Shown: positions 19,090 to 29,037 of the stretch, piece after piece
How positions within the stretch are numbered: the first letter of the stretch is position 1
Layout of the letters: each line of letters begins with the position of its first letter
Source of the DNA: Nitrosopumilaceae archaeon
Lineage (GTDB): Archaea; Thermoproteota; Nitrososphaeria; Nitrososphaerales; Nitrosopumilaceae
DNA: 64,000 nt
Direction: 5' to 3'
Assembly (NCBI GenBank): GCA_965203465.1
Contig: CBDBCR010000003.1
Coordinates: 1 to 64,000, forward strand
Made by a program: the position numbers and the translations under genes
The notes under the pieces: model-generated
Told to the model about the DNA's origin: nothing
The model's database searches: none
The model's input: the letters and a program-made list of their open reading frames with translations, nothing else

Positions 19090-20619
19090 TTACGGCCGCG
19101 CCCGGGACAGCCGGCGGTACGCCAGAACCGCTGCGGCCGGCGAGCCCAGAAGCGAGGCGTTGAACAGTATCACGAGCGAGCCGAGCAGCACCGCCTGGGC
19201 CTCGGATCCTGCGAATTCCATCATGCCCAAGGACCAGAGCGTCGGCTGCAGGGACAGGCGGACGGCCTCCTTGAAGGCGGGATTCGACCTCTCCATGTCG
19301 GCCACGGCCGGCGAAAAGGCGTAGTAGAACTGGTTGAAGCCAGACACGAACGCCGAGCCGGCGCCCGTCGAGAGCGCGCCGTCGCGGATCTCGCGCAGCC
19401 GCTGCACCTGCTCTGCCGTTTCGGTCCCGTAGGCGGCCGTGGCTATCAGGCAGCCGCCGCCCTCGTCGGACGGCACCGGCGCGCAAGTGCCGTCGGCGGC
19501 AAGGAAGGTGCCCGGCCCGCAGACCGGCTCGTCTTCCTCGGGCTCGGCCATGGCTGGCGTTGCGCCGGCCGGCGCTTGCGGCTCTGCTGCGGGCTCTGCC
19601 GGTTCCGGCGCCTCGCGCTCTTCGGGCCTCTCCATGGCGGGCTCGTCAGCCGGCGGCTCTGGATCGGCCGCCTGTCCGGCAGCCGCCCCCGCCGACTCCA
19701 GCGCGGCAGGCTCTTGGTCGGGGCCGGGCTGCGGCAGCGTCACGGACGGCGGCGCCGGTACGTCGAACGTCCTGGTTCCGGTGCACGAGTCGATGTCGAC
19801 GGATTCGGAGTCGGACGAGACGGCGCGGATCGAGACGAGCGTGGCCGTAATCCTGGCGTAGTATTCTGCGGAGCCGAACGGCGCGGTGAACACGCCGTAC
19901 TCGGACTGCTCGCCGGACTGCGCCATGCGCACGAGGCCGGCGATCGGCATGCGCAGAGTCACGTCGACGTATTCGGGCTCGGGGCCGGCCACGACGGTAA
20001 AGACGCCCGTGTTGCAGTCCCACGAGGCCGACCGCACGTACACGTCCCGGGAGCTGCCCGGCTGCAGGACGGCTCCGAAGACGGGCCTGTCCCCGCCGCC
20101 CCCGCCGCCGCGCGGCGCGGCCGGCGCGGGGGGCTCCGGCGCGGCCGCGGAGCGCGAGGCGGCCGAGTCGAGCGCGGCGATCACGTCCCGCGCGTCCACC
20201 GGCGTGTGGCTGGCGGGAATCACCGCCGCGACCGAGTCGAACGCGGCCGGCGCGTCGTCTACGTTCTGGTTGAACGAGCCGCCGGAGCTGATCCGGTGCA
20301 GCAGGGACGGCGCGTCGGGCGCGACTATTCCGGACTTGTACGCCCTGTAAGAGTCAGAGACCGAGACCGAATCCGAAGAGCCGGCGAGCAGGTTGTTCAG
20401 CGAAGACCGCGAGTCCGAGACGGCCGGCGCGTCGGACGGGACCACGCCGGACTTGTACGCGCGGTGCGAATCCGAGACCGTCGCGGTCTGCGTCGCTATC
20501 TGGACTACCTGGCCCGAGCCCTCCTGCGCGCCCGACTCGGGCGCGCCGGCCGCTGCCGCAGCGCAGGCCAGCACGAGACCTGCCAGCGCCGCCGCGCGCA
20601 GGGGGCCAGATTCCGCCAT
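19090..20619 (-). CDS. Secreted CFI-box-CTERM surface protein
   Basis: Signal peptide (LRAAALAGLVLACAAAA), CGPGT, GGGCLIATAAYG...VQRLREIRD...FNQFYYAFSPAVAD, C-terminal TM helix. The ATG at 20619 fits better than the ORF-track start. Confidence 0.9.
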   Translation of the reverse strand: MAESGPLRAAALAGLVLACAAAAAGAPESGAQEGSGQVVQIATQTATVSDSHRAYKSGVVPSDAPAVSDSRSSLNNLLAGSSDSVSVSDSYRAYKSGIVAPDAPSLLHRISSGGSFNQNVDDAPAAFDSVAAVIPASHTPVDARDVIAALDSAASRSAAAPEPPAPAAPRGGGGGGDRPVFGAVLQPGSSRDVYVRSASWDCNTGVFTVVAGPEPEYVDVTLRMPIAGLVRMAQSGEQSEYGVFTAPFGSAEYYARITATLVSIRAVSSDSESVDIDSCTGTRTFDVPAPPSVTLPQPGPDQEPAALESAGAAAGQAADPEPPADEPAMERPEEREAPEPAEPAAEPQAPAGATPAMAEPEEDEPVCGPGTFLAADGTCAPVPSDEGGGCLIATAAYGTETAEQVQRLREIRDGALSTGAGSAFVSGFNQFYYAFSPAVADMERSNPAFKEAVRLSLQPTLWSLGMMEFAGSEAQAVLLGSLVILFNASLLGSPAAAVLAYRRLSRARP

Positions 20620-21178
20620 CTTGTCGGCCACGGCAGGTCGCCTGATAAACTTGCCGGCTCCGGCGGGCGCGCAGATTCCAGCAAATCTGCACGAGATAAG
20701 CGGATCAGGCACGGACGGATGCGCGTATTCTGTCTGCCGGTCTTGGGTTCGCCTTTTGCCGTCGCCTAGCCATACCGCGTACGATCTCGTGCGCGAGGGA
20801 GTGAAGAACCGTCGCCTCCAAGGCTGGGCTTGGGTGGGCGATTCCAAGCAAACGCAGGCGGCATGCGTCCACCGCTACTTTAAATACAGGACTGCTGTTA
20901 TCCGTCCCGTCTGAAGATGTCAAATTGCGGCGTTTTGGAGAATGTGGCGAATTGACGATCTGTATAGCATCCATAGCGGGTGACGGACACGTCATTGTTT
21001 GCTCCGACAGAATGGTTACGCTGAGTCTGCCCAGCACTGAATTCGAGCACAATAATCCGAAAACTATGAAAATAACCGACAATTGTGTTGCATCATCTGC
21101 AGGGAACGCGTTGGGTTTCGTGCCGATCTACGAAGAGGTTGTTAGAACCATCGGGCAAACTTCGTCCGAACACAGCAT

Positions 21179-22667
21179 TAGAAGTCATGCGTAATCCCCC
21201 GGAGTCCGGCTCCGGTGGGCGCGCAACGCCGCTACATATGTATCAATATTGATAATATTGCGCGGAAAGCCGTAGATTCACAAAGACACGTGCGGCGACA
21301 ACCTTGAGAGGGTTTCTGCCCCCCTGCCGCTCTTCGCGGCCGCAGTTAGCGGCTGCGCGCCGTCTTGGGCCCCGGCTTTTTGCCCTTGCGGTGGGTGCGC
21401 GGCTCCCTGTTCCCGCTGGTCATGATGGCTAGGTTGACCACACCAATGATCACGTCCAGCCCCCTCCTGAACTTTCCCTCAATTTTGCGCCCCCGGTTGC
21501 GCACCCACGCGAACGTCTCCACCTTGCGGAACGTGTTCTCTATCTGGACGCGCTTGGTGTTCACGCGGTGGTTGTGCGCCCTTGCCTTCTTGGTGCCGCT
21601 TTGGGCGCGCGGCAGCGGCATCATTATCTTGGATCCGGGGTGGTGCTTGTCCAGGCCCCGGAAGCCCTTGTCGACGAACTCGATTATCTGCATGGCGGCG
21701 CTTTCCCCCTTCATGCACCGGGTTATCAGGCCCAAGTCCGGCTCCGATTCGCGCAGGAGTGTCAGGTCGTGGGTGCTGCCCGGCGCCAAGTCGCTGTGGC
21801 CCAGCAGCGCCCCCTTGGCATTGGAGATCGCGTCGCTTTTGCGCGTGGTGTCTTTTTTCTTGCCCGAATAGCACGCGTCCCTCTCGTCCTTGTCGGTCGG
21901 GCGCTGCACGCGCAGTTCCACGCCGTCGGTGATCGCGATGTTGCCAGGCAGCGTCGGGCCCGGGTCGCCCGCGGAGCCCAGCTTGAAGCCGGCGATTTTT
22001 CCAGCCGGCGCAGCAGCTTGTTGAACACTCTCTGGATCTGATCCTCCGTCCTGGCGTTCTGCAGCTCCTCGGATATCCTGTCCGCGGTGGGCAGCAGATT
22101 GGACATCCACTGCTCTATGTATTCAAAGTACCTGCTGATGGCGGTCTGGCTGATCTTGTAGACCGAGGCCACGTAGTCCTGCGACATGCCGTGCCGCTTG
22201 TGCTCAAAGTACAGGAACAGCATGTGCCTGGGGGCCACGGAGCACCGCCTCCCGGCCGAGCTCTCCGCCCCCTTCTTTCCCCAGTACAGCGGCGAATTCA
22301 GATCCGCGTCCATGCTGTTGAGCAGGGCGGCAGAGACCAGGCGGAAGTTGTCCTCGGGCAGCCCCGTCCTGATCTGCAGCACCCCGCCTTCGTCTATGTA
22401 AGAGTCGACCATTATGAGGCTGGCCGTCCTGGTGACGTCGAGTTCGGAAAGGCCAGACGCCTCGGCCAGGAACTTGGCCGCACCCCCGGGCGTCTCCGGC
22501 GTCGGAATCGTCCTCGCCTTGGCCCTTACCATGGCCGCGAGGGCCCGGATCGCCGGATCTTAAGGTTTCGATCAGAATTCTTTAGACAAGAAGTCTAGAA
22601 AAGTTGATTCGCTGCGCGTTGCCCGCCGCGCAAAACTCAGACTCCGGGGGATTACGCATGACTTCTA
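21179..22667 (-). mobile_element. IS5-family (ISL2/IS702-like, DDE_Tnp_4) insertion sequence
   Basis: Perfect 28-bp inverted repeat TAGAAGTCATGCGTAATCCCCCGGAGTC (21179-21206 / 22640-22667; the terminal TA may be the TSD) enclosing a transposase. Confidence 0.9.
21346..22532 (-). CDS. Transposase (HTH_Tnp_4 + DDE_Tnp_4), split by a -1 frameshift at A5 (21996-22000)
   Basis: N-part SQDYVASVYKISQTAISRY (HTH). C-part ITDGVE..VQRP...YSGKKK...GSTHD...DKGF...RVQIENTF. Confidence 0.88.
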
Positions 22668-23267
22668 TTCACAGCATAGCCGAGATTACGAAGAATGCGT
22701 ATGTGCGTGCTAGAAACGATAAATTAGAACAAGAAATACTGTCTACGATGGGTTTGAGCTTGAACGACTTCTACCAAGGGAACAGAACTTTTGCGCCAGA
22801 GATCACTGCAAATTTGGCACAATCCATGCAACAATACAACTACGGCTTGGCGATCGTTATTGCAGGAGTGGACGAATCTGGATGTCACATCTACCGAATC
22901 GACAATCCCGGGCGAATGGACTCTTACGACACAATAGGACACTGCGCGATTGGGACCGGGGAGCTGCATGCAATATCCACATTCATTGCAAACGACTACG
23001 ATTCCAAACTTGATGTAAATCACGTGGTTGCGATGACGTATGAAGCAAAACGGAGGAGCGAAAAATCTCAAGGAGTTGGCGAAGAGACGGATCTGTACGT
23101 GGTGTGTAAAAACCACGTGGTAAAGATGCCAGAAGACACGGTAAACCAACTGAACGAGATATACAACAAAAAAACAGATCAAGAAAAAGAATCGGTCGTA
23201 AAACTAGAGGAACTTGTTCAGCGCCTCAACATACAGGATTCGGATTCAGTGTAGAAAGCGCAATAGA

Positions 23268-23507
23268 TCATAGTCTCGATATATCGCCAGAACGTCTCGC
23301 AATGAACGGGTTGGGTTTTATGGAACGCGAGTTATAGACGATGTTTCGTATGCTTTTCAGTTCAGAAGAGTCGTCTGGCCTGCGTACGCCGTCTAGGACT
23401 TTCCGAGATTCACGGAAAACGGCGCTGTTCGTCTTGCTCGGCGCATCTTTCCGAGTTTTGTCGGAAAACTCGGCGGCTCCGTTCGGCCGCTGCGTGCGTG
23501 GTGGCAT
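23268..23507 (-). CDS. Small hypothetical protein (79 aa)
   Basis: ATG 23507 lies ~25 nt below TATA-like ttgaaata on the minus strand; low-GC islet. Confidence 0.4.
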   Translation of the reverse strand: MPPRTQRPNGAAEFSDKTRKDAPSKTNSAVFRESRKVLDGVRRPDDSSELKSIRNIVYNSRSIKPNPFIARRSGDISRL

Positions 23508-23909
23508 TACCCCTGCCCACGAATGCCCGTATTTCAAGTAGTCGGTAGAAGCAAAATACAGACGCGTATGGGCAGGGACGGAGGCCCGATTGCCATGATT
23601 CCAACAAACCGGCACGAGGCAAGCGCGGCTCGGGCACGAGCCTGCCGAGGTTATAAAGAGGGGTTAGTCGTTTTGCCAACTGTCTTTCCCGCGCCCAAAT
23701 ACAAGGCACGCCGACCGTGCCCGACTGCGCACAGGAAGAGCCGGATCAAGATCCGCGGCCCTGCGCACGGCCGGATCCTGCCGCAACCGGCGCGAAAGGC
23801 CTGATCGCTGGAGTCGGTCACACCCCGCCATCTGGCCCCCGATCACGCCGATTTGCCGGAATCCGCGCCCCGCCTAGACTTTAATCGGGGGCGCGGGCGG
23901 GGGCGGCAG

Positions 23910-25664
23910 TTGAAGTTTTCCGAGCTGGCCGGCGCCTTCGGTCTCATGGAGGGCACGCGCAAGAGGACAGAGCTCACCTCGATACTCTCCGGGCTACTCT
24001 CAAAGACCCCGCCGGACCTGCTCCCAAAGGCCGTGTACTTGATACAGGGGAAACTGCGCCCCGACTACGAGGGCGTGGAGCTGGGAGTGGCAGACCGGCT
24101 CGCGGTGCTGGCGCTCTCAAAGTCGGCCGGCGTGCCCGCATCGGACGTGAGGCGCGCGTACGGCGAGGCCGGCGACCTGGGCGCGGCGGCCTCGCAGATA
24201 ATGAAGCGCCGCGCGCAGACCACGTTCATGGCCCAGGACATCACCGTCGAGCGCGTCTACGAGACGCTGCTCAAGATAGCGCGCCTGGGCGGCTCGGGCT
24301 CGCAGGGCATGAAAAAGACGTACATATCCAGCCTGCTCAACGATTCGACGCCAGACGAGGCGCGCTTTGTCGTAAAGCTGCTGCTCGGCACGCTGCGCCT
24401 GGGCGTCGCGGAGAACACGATAATGGACGCGCTGGCCTCGGCCACCGGCACCACCAGGCCCATGCTGGAAAGGGCGTACAACGTCTGCTCCGACCTCGGA
24501 AAGGTGGCCCAAGCGGCGGCCGCCGGCGGCGAGGCGGCCCTGCAAGAGTTCAGGATGTCGGTCTTTAGCCCCGTGCGCCCCATGCTGGCCGACCGCGCCA
24601 GGAGCGGCGCCGAGGCTCTCGGCAGGGCCAGCCCGCTGGCCGCCGAGTACAAGCTGGACGGCGAGCGCGTGCAGCTGCACACCGACGGCGAGCGCACCGT
24701 CCTGTACTCGCGCAGGCTCGAGGACATCACCTCGTACTATCCGGACATCGTCGAGCGCGTCCCGCCGTCGGTCTCGGCTGGCAGCGTGGTGCTCGAGGCC
24801 GAGGCCGTCGCGACCGACCCGGCGACGGGCCGCTTCCTCCCGTTCCAGGAGCTGATGCACAGGCGGCGCAAGTACGGCGTGGAGCGGGCGGTCAAGCAGT
24901 ACCCCATATCGGCGAACGTCTTCGACGTGCTGTACGCCGACGGCAGGGGCCTGCTCGACGCGCCCTACTCGGAGCGGCGGGCCCTGCTCGAAGAGATCGT
25001 AAAGCAGGACGACTTTGTGAGGCTGGTGCCGATGTCCGAGGCCTCCGACGAGGCGCGCATAGACGAGCTGCTCGAAGAGTGCCTGGCCTCGGGGGCCGAG
25101 GGCCTCATGCTGAAAAAGCCCGGCTCCGCCTACCAGGCCGGCTCGCGCGGGGCCAACTGGCTCAAGCTCAAGATAGAGTACCGCAACGAGCTGGGCGACA
25201 GCCTTGATCTTGCGGTCATAGGCGCGTTCTACGGGCGGGGGCGCAGGACGGGCAAGTACGGCGCGCTGCTGCTTGCCACCTACGACGAGGGCTCGGACCG
25301 CTTCTGCAGCGTCTGCAAGGTGGGGACCGGCTTTACCGACGAGAGCCTCGACCGCATATACCAGATGCTCTCGGGCAGCGTGGAGCTGCGGCGCGACCCC
25401 CGGGTGGTCAGCGGCATGGAGCCGGACGTCTGGTTCGCCCCCCGGGTCGTCATAGAAGTGGTCGCCTCGGAGATAACGCAGAGCCCCGTGCACAAGGCGG
25501 CCATGGATTCGGCGCGCAGGGGGGCCGGCCTGGCGCTGCGGTTCCCAAAGTTCACCGGGCGCGTGCGCGCCGACAAGGCACCCGAGGACGCCTCGACCGA
25601 CGCCGAGCTGGTCGCGCTGTACCGCGCGCAGGAGCGCACGCAGGCGGCATCCGGCCCTGAATAG
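23910..25664 (+). CDS. lig: ATP-dependent DNA ligase
   Basis: EYKLDGERVQLH (motif I), EGLMLK, WLKLK, GRRTG, LRFPKF. TTG start after tttaat. Confidence 0.97.
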   Translation: MKFSELAGAFGLMEGTRKRTELTSILSGLLSKTPPDLLPKAVYLIQGKLRPDYEGVELGVADRLAVLALSKSAGVPASDVRRAYGEAGDLGAAASQIMKRRAQTTFMAQDITVERVYETLLKIARLGGSGSQGMKKTYISSLLNDSTPDEARFVVKLLLGTLRLGVAENTIMDALASATGTTRPMLERAYNVCSDLGKVAQAAAAGGEAALQEFRMSVFSPVRPMLADRARSGAEALGRASPLAAEYKLDGERVQLHTDGERTVLYSRRLEDITSYYPDIVERVPPSVSAGSVVLEAEAVATDPATGRFLPFQELMHRRRKYGVERAVKQYPISANVFDVLYADGRGLLDAPYSERRALLEEIVKQDDFVRLVPMSEASDEARIDELLEECLASGAEGLMLKKPGSAYQAGSRGANWLKLKIEYRNELGDSLDLAVIGAFYGRGRRTGKYGALLLATYDEGSDRFCSVCKVGTGFTDESLDRIYQMLSGSVELRRDPRVVSGMEPDVWFAPRVVIEVVASEITQSPVHKAAMDSARRGAGLALRFPKFTGRVRADKAPEDASTDAELVALYRAQERTQAASGPE

Positions 25665-25695
25665 TTAAAATACGCGCGCCCGGGCCGGCCGCGCG

Positions 25696-26703
25696 TTGAG
25701 GGCGCGCGCTGTCAGCTACGAGTCTCTGGAGGAAAGCCGCCTGCGCTGCCTGCGCGCGGACGCGGGCGGGCCCGGATTCGCAGAGTCGGTCTCCGAAACC
25801 CTGGCCTCGCGGCCGCGCCGCGTGCTGCCGCGGTTTTTCTACGACAAGAGGGGCTCGGCGCTGTTCGAGCAGATATGCGAGCTGCCCGAATACTACGTGA
25901 CCCGGACAGAAAAGTCGATACTCGAGACGGTGCGCTCGCAGCTTGGCAGGCACCTAGACGGGGACTTTCGCTTCGTGGAGCTGGGCAGCGGATCGGACGC
26001 CAAGGCGCGCTACGTCCTGGACGTGCTGCACGAGGCGCAGGAATCGGTGGAATACGTGCCCATCGACGTCTCGGATTCGGCTGTGCCGGCCGCGGCCGCG
26101 CTGGTGCGCGACTATCCGCGGCTGAGGGCCACCGTGGTGCTGGGCACCTACGAGGCAGGCCTGCGCGCCGCGGGGCGGGAGGGCGGCGCCGACCTGGTGG
26201 GGTTCTTCGGTTCCAGCATAGGCAACATGGAGAGGGCCGAGGCGGAGCGCTTCCTCTCGGCGGTCTCGGGGGCGCTGGGCGGCCGCGGCATGCTGCTGAT
26301 GGGAGTCGACCTGGCAAAGGACAGGAAGATGCTGGAGCCCGCGTACAACGATTCGAGGGGGATAACTGCTAGGTTCAACCTGTCGGTGCTGGAGCGCATG
26401 AACTCGGAGCTGGGCGCGGACTTTGACCCCGGCTCGTTCGAGCACCTGGCCTTTTACAACGAGGCCGAATCCCGCATAGAGATGCACCTGCGCTCGGCAA
26501 AGAGGCAGCGCGTCAGGGTGCCCGGCGCCGGCCTCGACTTTGTGCTCCAAGAGGGCGAGACCATACACACCGAAAACTCGCACAAGTACTCGCCGGCCGC
26601 CATAGAGGCCATGGCCGGCTCGGCCGGGCTGGAGACTGTGCGCGTCTGGCAGGACGCCGAATCGATGTTCGCCGTCGTGCTGGCGCGCCGAAAAAAGAGT
26701 TAA
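25696..26703 (+). CDS. egtD: L-histidine N-alpha-methyltransferase (ergothioneine)
   Basis: LPRFFYDKRGSALFEQICELPEYYVTRTE, ELGSG, GSSIGN, AYND..G.TARFN, IHTENSHKY. Confidence 0.93.
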   Translation: MRARAVSYESLEESRLRCLRADAGGPGFAESVSETLASRPRRVLPRFFYDKRGSALFEQICELPEYYVTRTEKSILETVRSQLGRHLDGDFRFVELGSGSDAKARYVLDVLHEAQESVEYVPIDVSDSAVPAAAALVRDYPRLRATVVLGTYEAGLRAAGREGGADLVGFFGSSIGNMERAEAERFLSAVSGALGGRGMLLMGVDLAKDRKMLEPAYNDSRGITARFNLSVLERMNSELGADFDPGSFEHLAFYNEAESRIEMHLRSAKRQRVRVPGAGLDFVLQEGETIHTENSHKYSPAAIEAMAGSAGLETVRVWQDAESMFAVVLARRKKS

Positions 26704-26727
26704 GTACCCTCGCTCGGGGGCGCACGC

Positions 26728-29037
26728 ATGAAGCCGCTCGCCTTGGTCGCCGCCCTGGCGGTCTTTGCCGCCCCGGCCGCGTGGGGGGCCGGCTGGTGCG
26801 AGGACGGCATGGAGCCGGTGGCCAAAAAGTCCGACGGGACCGTGGCGTGCGTGATGCCCGGCACGGCCCAGGCGCTCATCGAGCGCGGGTGGGGGACCGG
26901 CGCGCCCGAGCCGCCGGCCGAGGCGATGCGGGAGCCCGGAACGGACGGCCCCGGGGATGTCGAATTCACCGAGGAGGAAAAGTCTTGGCTCGCCGAAAAC
27001 GGGCAGATATTCGTGGCATACGATCCGGGCTGGGCTCCGTACGAGTATTCGGATGCCGGCAAGATCGCCGGCCTCGCAGGCTACTACATGCCTATGTTCG
27101 AGGCTGCCACGGGCGCCGACTTCGTAAAGCACGATGTGGACGACTGGACCGGCGCGCTCGAGGCGGTACGGGACGGCAGCAACCACGTGTTGCTGGCGGC
27201 CGGCATCACCGACGAGCGCAAGGAATACCTGGGCTACACCGAGCCCCACACAAAGCTGTCGTGGAACATCGTCACGCTGGCCGGATCCGATCTGGACCCG
27301 AACAGCCTAGAGGCGTACGACGTGGGCGTCATACGCAACTATGCGGTGGTAAGATGGCTGGACGAAAACATGCCGCAGCTAGAGTACTCGACGCACGACA
27401 CCGAGGCCGACGCGTTCGAGGCCCTCGTCTCGGGCAAGACCGACGCGCTCATACAGGTGTGGGGCGTGGCGCTCGCGTCGGCCGACAAGGACGGCGTATC
27501 GATATCCAACGCGGGCAGCATCGGCGACGATCTGCTCCTGGCCGCCGCCTACCCCAAGGACGAGGCAGTGCTCGGATCCATAATGCAGAAACTGGTCGCT
27601 TCCGTGCCCGGCGAAAAGTACGCCGAGATCGAGGCCCGCACCGTCCTGGACTACCGGCTGGACGGCGCCGAGAGGCAGTGGCTCGAATCCAACCCGACGG
27701 TGACGGTCGGCATCGACACGGACTGGCCGCCGTACGAGTACGTAGAGGACGGCGAGGTGTCCGGGCAGACAAAGCTGTACATGGACGAGATCGGCCGCCT
27801 GACGGGGCTGGAGTTTGACACCGACACGCGCCCCTGGGATCAGGTGGTCGAATCCCAAAAGGACGGCAACGCCACGGCGCTCTTTGCGGTGGCAAAGACG
27901 CCCGACCGCCTCGAGTTCATGGACTTTACCCGACCGTACGCGCCGGCGCTCTGGAGCCTGGTCACGGCAAGCGAGCAGAGCCTCGAGCCGACCGACCTTG
28001 CGGGCCTCAAGAGCGGATCCGTACGCGGCTACGCCGTCCAAGAGTGGATGGAGACCAACATGCCCGGCGCAGAGTTTGCCGCCTACGACGACCACGCCTC
28101 GGCGTACGAGGCGCTAAAGTCGGGCGAGCTGGACGTGTTTCTGGATTCTTGGGACGTAGTCTCGGTCTCTGCCGCCAGGCTTGGCATCGACGGCCTGTAC
28201 AACTCGGGCGCGCTGGACGCCTCCGATCCGATCTCGCCGATAACCATCGGGTATCCGAAGAGCCAGCAGGAGCTGGGCTCGATACTGCAAAAGGCGCTCG
28301 ACGTCATACCGCCGGAGCGCAGACAGCTGTTCGCGGCAAAGGCGACATTCGAGGCGCTGGCCACCGAGGATCAGAAAGAGTGGCTGTCCGGCTCGCCCGT
28401 AGTCCGGGTGGCGTACGATCCCGACGGGGCCCCCTTCGAGTACCGCGGCGAGGACGGCCGGATAGCCGGCTTCGCGGCGGGCTACATGCCGGCAATCTCG
28501 TACATGACCGGCCTACAGTTCGAGCAGACCGATACGCCGACGTGGGACGCCGCGCTAGAGGCCATGGAGGGCGGCGAGGCCGACGCGATGTTCGCGCTGG
28601 CAGAGACGCCCAAGCGCCTCGAGTTCATGGGCTTTACGCGGCCGTACGCGACGGTCCCGTGGAACGTGGTCACTTCCGGCGCCGAGACCGTGGATCTGGA
28701 GTCGGCAAAGGCGGGCACCGTGGCAGGCTACGCCATAGAGGCGTGGCTGGACGACAACATGTCGGATCTAGAGTACTCTTCCTACCCGGATCACGCCGGC
28801 GCGCTCGAGGCGCTCTCGTCCGGCGAGATAGACGCCATTTTGGACACTTTTGAGGTGGTAGAGGCCGCCGCGGGCGAGGACGCGGGCCTCGTCAACGCCG
28901 GAACCGTCGGCGACGGGCTGGACTTTGCGGTGGGCTATTCGCTAAAGAGCGGCGAGCTTGGCGGCGTGCTGCAGAGCGCGATGGACGCCATGCCCGGGGC
29001 GCTGCACGCCTCGATATACGCGTCTGCCTCGGGCTAG
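26728..29037 (+). CDS. Secreted protein with three tandem family-3 solute-binding (Venus flytrap) domains
   Basis: Signal peptide, thaumarchaeal C...K..DG..AC..P.TA..LIERGWG motif, then 3x (E..WL...V..D.W.PYEY...R.E...FT.PY). Confidence 0.85.
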   Translation: MKPLALVAALAVFAAPAAWGAGWCEDGMEPVAKKSDGTVACVMPGTAQALIERGWGTGAPEPPAEAMREPGTDGPGDVEFTEEEKSWLAENGQIFVAYDPGWAPYEYSDAGKIAGLAGYYMPMFEAATGADFVKHDVDDWTGALEAVRDGSNHVLLAAGITDERKEYLGYTEPHTKLSWNIVTLAGSDLDPNSLEAYDVGVIRNYAVVRWLDENMPQLEYSTHDTEADAFEALVSGKTDALIQVWGVALASADKDGVSISNAGSIGDDLLLAAAYPKDEAVLGSIMQKLVASVPGEKYAEIEARTVLDYRLDGAERQWLESNPTVTVGIDTDWPPYEYVEDGEVSGQTKLYMDEIGRLTGLEFDTDTRPWDQVVESQKDGNATALFAVAKTPDRLEFMDFTRPYAPALWSLVTASEQSLEPTDLAGLKSGSVRGYAVQEWMETNMPGAEFAAYDDHASAYEALKSGELDVFLDSWDVVSVSAARLGIDGLYNSGALDASDPISPITIGYPKSQQELGSILQKALDVIPPERRQLFAAKATFEALATEDQKEWLSGSPVVRVAYDPDGAPFEYRGEDGRIAGFAAGYMPAISYMTGLQFEQTDTPTWDAALEAMEGGEADAMFALAETPKRLEFMGFTRPYATVPWNVVTSGAETVDLESAKAGTVAGYAIEAWLDDNMSDLEYSSYPDHAGALEALSSGEIDAILDTFEVVEAAAGEDAGLVNAGTVGDGLDFAVGYSLKSGELGGVLQSAMDAMPGALHASIYASASG

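Larger units (their letters stand above)
20952..23254 (+). pseudogene. Proteasome beta-like Ntn hydrolase, interrupted by an IS (pieces 20952-~21180 and ~22668-23254)
   Basis: TTG-ACG start gives (M)TICIASIAG..VIVCSDRMVT...K...AG. The 3' part has IVIAGVD...HIYRIDNPG...AIGTG...AKRRSE...GVG. Removing the IS restores one frame of ~267-271 aa. GC is markedly lower than the flanks. Confidence 0.8.

Noticed and set aside
21241-21254. Perfect palindrome TATCAATATTGATA
   Set aside because: It lies inside the IS subterminal region, with no evidence of an independent function.
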